Shown: positions 63,153 through 64,000 of the stretch, one piece after another | Layout of the letters: every line of letters begins with the position of its first letter | Position numbering within the stretch: the first letter of the stretch is position 1 | Origin: an uncultured Roseicyclus sp. | GTDB taxonomy: Bacteria > Pseudomonadota > Alphaproteobacteria > Rhodobacterales > Rhodobacteraceae | Assembly (NCBI GenBank): GCA_964615955.1 | Contig: CAZTUG010000003.1 | Coordinates: 1,226 to 65,225 of the forward strand | Reading direction: 5' to 3' | Length of the DNA: 64,000 nt | Translations under genes and position numbers: made by a program | Notes under the pieces: generated by a model | Told to the model about the DNA's origin: nothing | Database searches by the model: none | What the model saw: only the letters and a program-made list of their open reading frames with translations

Positions 63153-63977
63153 ATGAAACTGGTGCGTTGGGGCGAAGCGGGCGCGGAGAAGCCCGGGATA
63201 CTGGACCGCGCGGGCCATGTGCGCGACCTGTCGCACCTTGTGGCGGATATCGACGGCGCGACGCTGGGCGCATTTCCCGAGATCGACGCGGAGAGCCTGC
63301 CGCTGGCAGGCGATGTGCGGCTGGGGCCTTGCGTGGCGCGGCCGGGCAAGCTGGTCTGCGTCGGGTTGAACTATGCCGATCACGCGGCGGAAGGCGGCTG
63401 GGACGTGCCGACGGAACCGGTGCTGTTCATGAAGGCCACCACCGCCATTTCCGGCGCGACCGATCCGGTGATCCTGCCGCCGGGCAGCGAGAAGACCGAC
63501 TGGGAGGCGGAACTGGCCTTCGTGATCGGGCGGCGTGCCAAGGGCGTGGCGACGGGCGACGGGGCGGCGCATATCGCGGGCTACTGCATCCTGAACGACG
63601 TGTCCGAGCGCGCCTTCCAGCAAGAGATGGGCGGCCAGTGGACCAAGGGCAAATCCTGCGACACCTTCGCGCCGATTGGTCCGTGGCTGGTAACACCGGA
63701 CGAGGTGCCGGACCCGCAGGCGCTGGCGATCTGGCTGGAGGTGGACGGCGTGCGGATGCAGGACGGCAATACCTGCACGATGATCTTCGGCCCCGCCTTC
63801 CTGGTCGAATACATCAGCCGTTTCATGACGCTGGAGCCCGGTGATATCGTGACGACAGGCACTCCGCCGGGTGTCGGGCTGGGGAAGAAACCGCCGGTCT
63901 TCCTGCGCGCAGGGCAGGAGATGCGGCTTGGGATCGACGGCCTTGGAGAGCAGCGGCTGCCGGTGCGGGCCTCCTGA
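63153..63977 (+). CDS. fumarylacetoacetate hydrolase (FAH) family protein
   Basis: 274 aa with RBS GGGAGAG. KLVCVGLNYADHAAE, DWEAELAFVIG and GDIVTTGTPPGVG. Confidence 0.9.
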   Translation: MKLVRWGEAGAEKPGILDRAGHVRDLSHLVADIDGATLGAFPEIDAESLPLAGDVRLGPCVARPGKLVCVGLNYADHAAEGGWDVPTEPVLFMKATTAISGATDPVILPPGSEKTDWEAELAFVIGRRAKGVATGDGAAHIAGYCILNDVSERAFQQEMGGQWTKGKSCDTFAPIGPWLVTPDEVPDPQALAIWLEVDGVRMQDGNTCTMIFGPAFLVEYISRFMTLEPGDIVTTGTPPGVGLGKKPPVFLRAGQEMRLGIDGLGEQRLPVRAS

Positions 63978-64000
63978 ACCGGGTGAGTTCCGCCACAGAC

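Overview
High-GC segment that looks alphaproteobacterial, probably Rhodobacteraceae-like; this is inferred from protein families and codon style, since no database search was possible. It is almost fully coding and dominated by solute-uptake and catabolic operons: one TRAP system, five ABC importers, and three GntR, two LacI and one MarR regulators. Many long ORFs in the supplied track are antisense or alternate-frame artefacts of the high GC content. Several track ORFs are N-terminally over-extended, and I re-set those starts by RBS and gene-overlap logic. Three accessory pieces stand out. (1) 21.0-27.1 kb is an envelope module. It holds a full-length vitamin-K-carboxylase-like HTTM membrane protein, transcribed divergently from an apparent operon of a DCC (DUF393) thiol-disulfide oxidoreductase plus two small signal-peptide proteins with extreme poly-Asp repeat tails, one of which has a canonical EF-hand loop. 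Next to this lie an ECF sigma/anti-sigma pair and a secreted S8 subtilase that also carries a poly-Asp/Gly tract. Near-identical ECF-type promoter motifs (GGAAT-N16-CGT(T)AATCC) precede both the DCC/poly-Asp operon and the subtilase. I know of no described system with this composition, and it is my top candidate. (2) 8.25-10.63 kb is a low-GC, decayed integrative island bounded by a 45-nt tRNA-Met(CAU) 3' fragment. It holds an integrase C-terminal remnant and an intact TIR-DUF3298 fusion gene, a candidate single-gene defence or NADase sensor. (3) The left edge carries an N-terminally truncated lambda-type phage portal fragment. Smaller observations are listed in the findings: an exact 20-nt motif at two distant loci, a shared LacI-type operator (TTGGAACGTTCCAA) at three promoters, a 28-bp x4 tandem repeat spanning a stop codon, two poly-C tracts beside a gene fragment, permeases with large extra domains, and unusual catabolic gene combinations. 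All domain calls rest on motif recognition by eye. Hand-derived coordinates of short motifs may be off by 1-2 nt.
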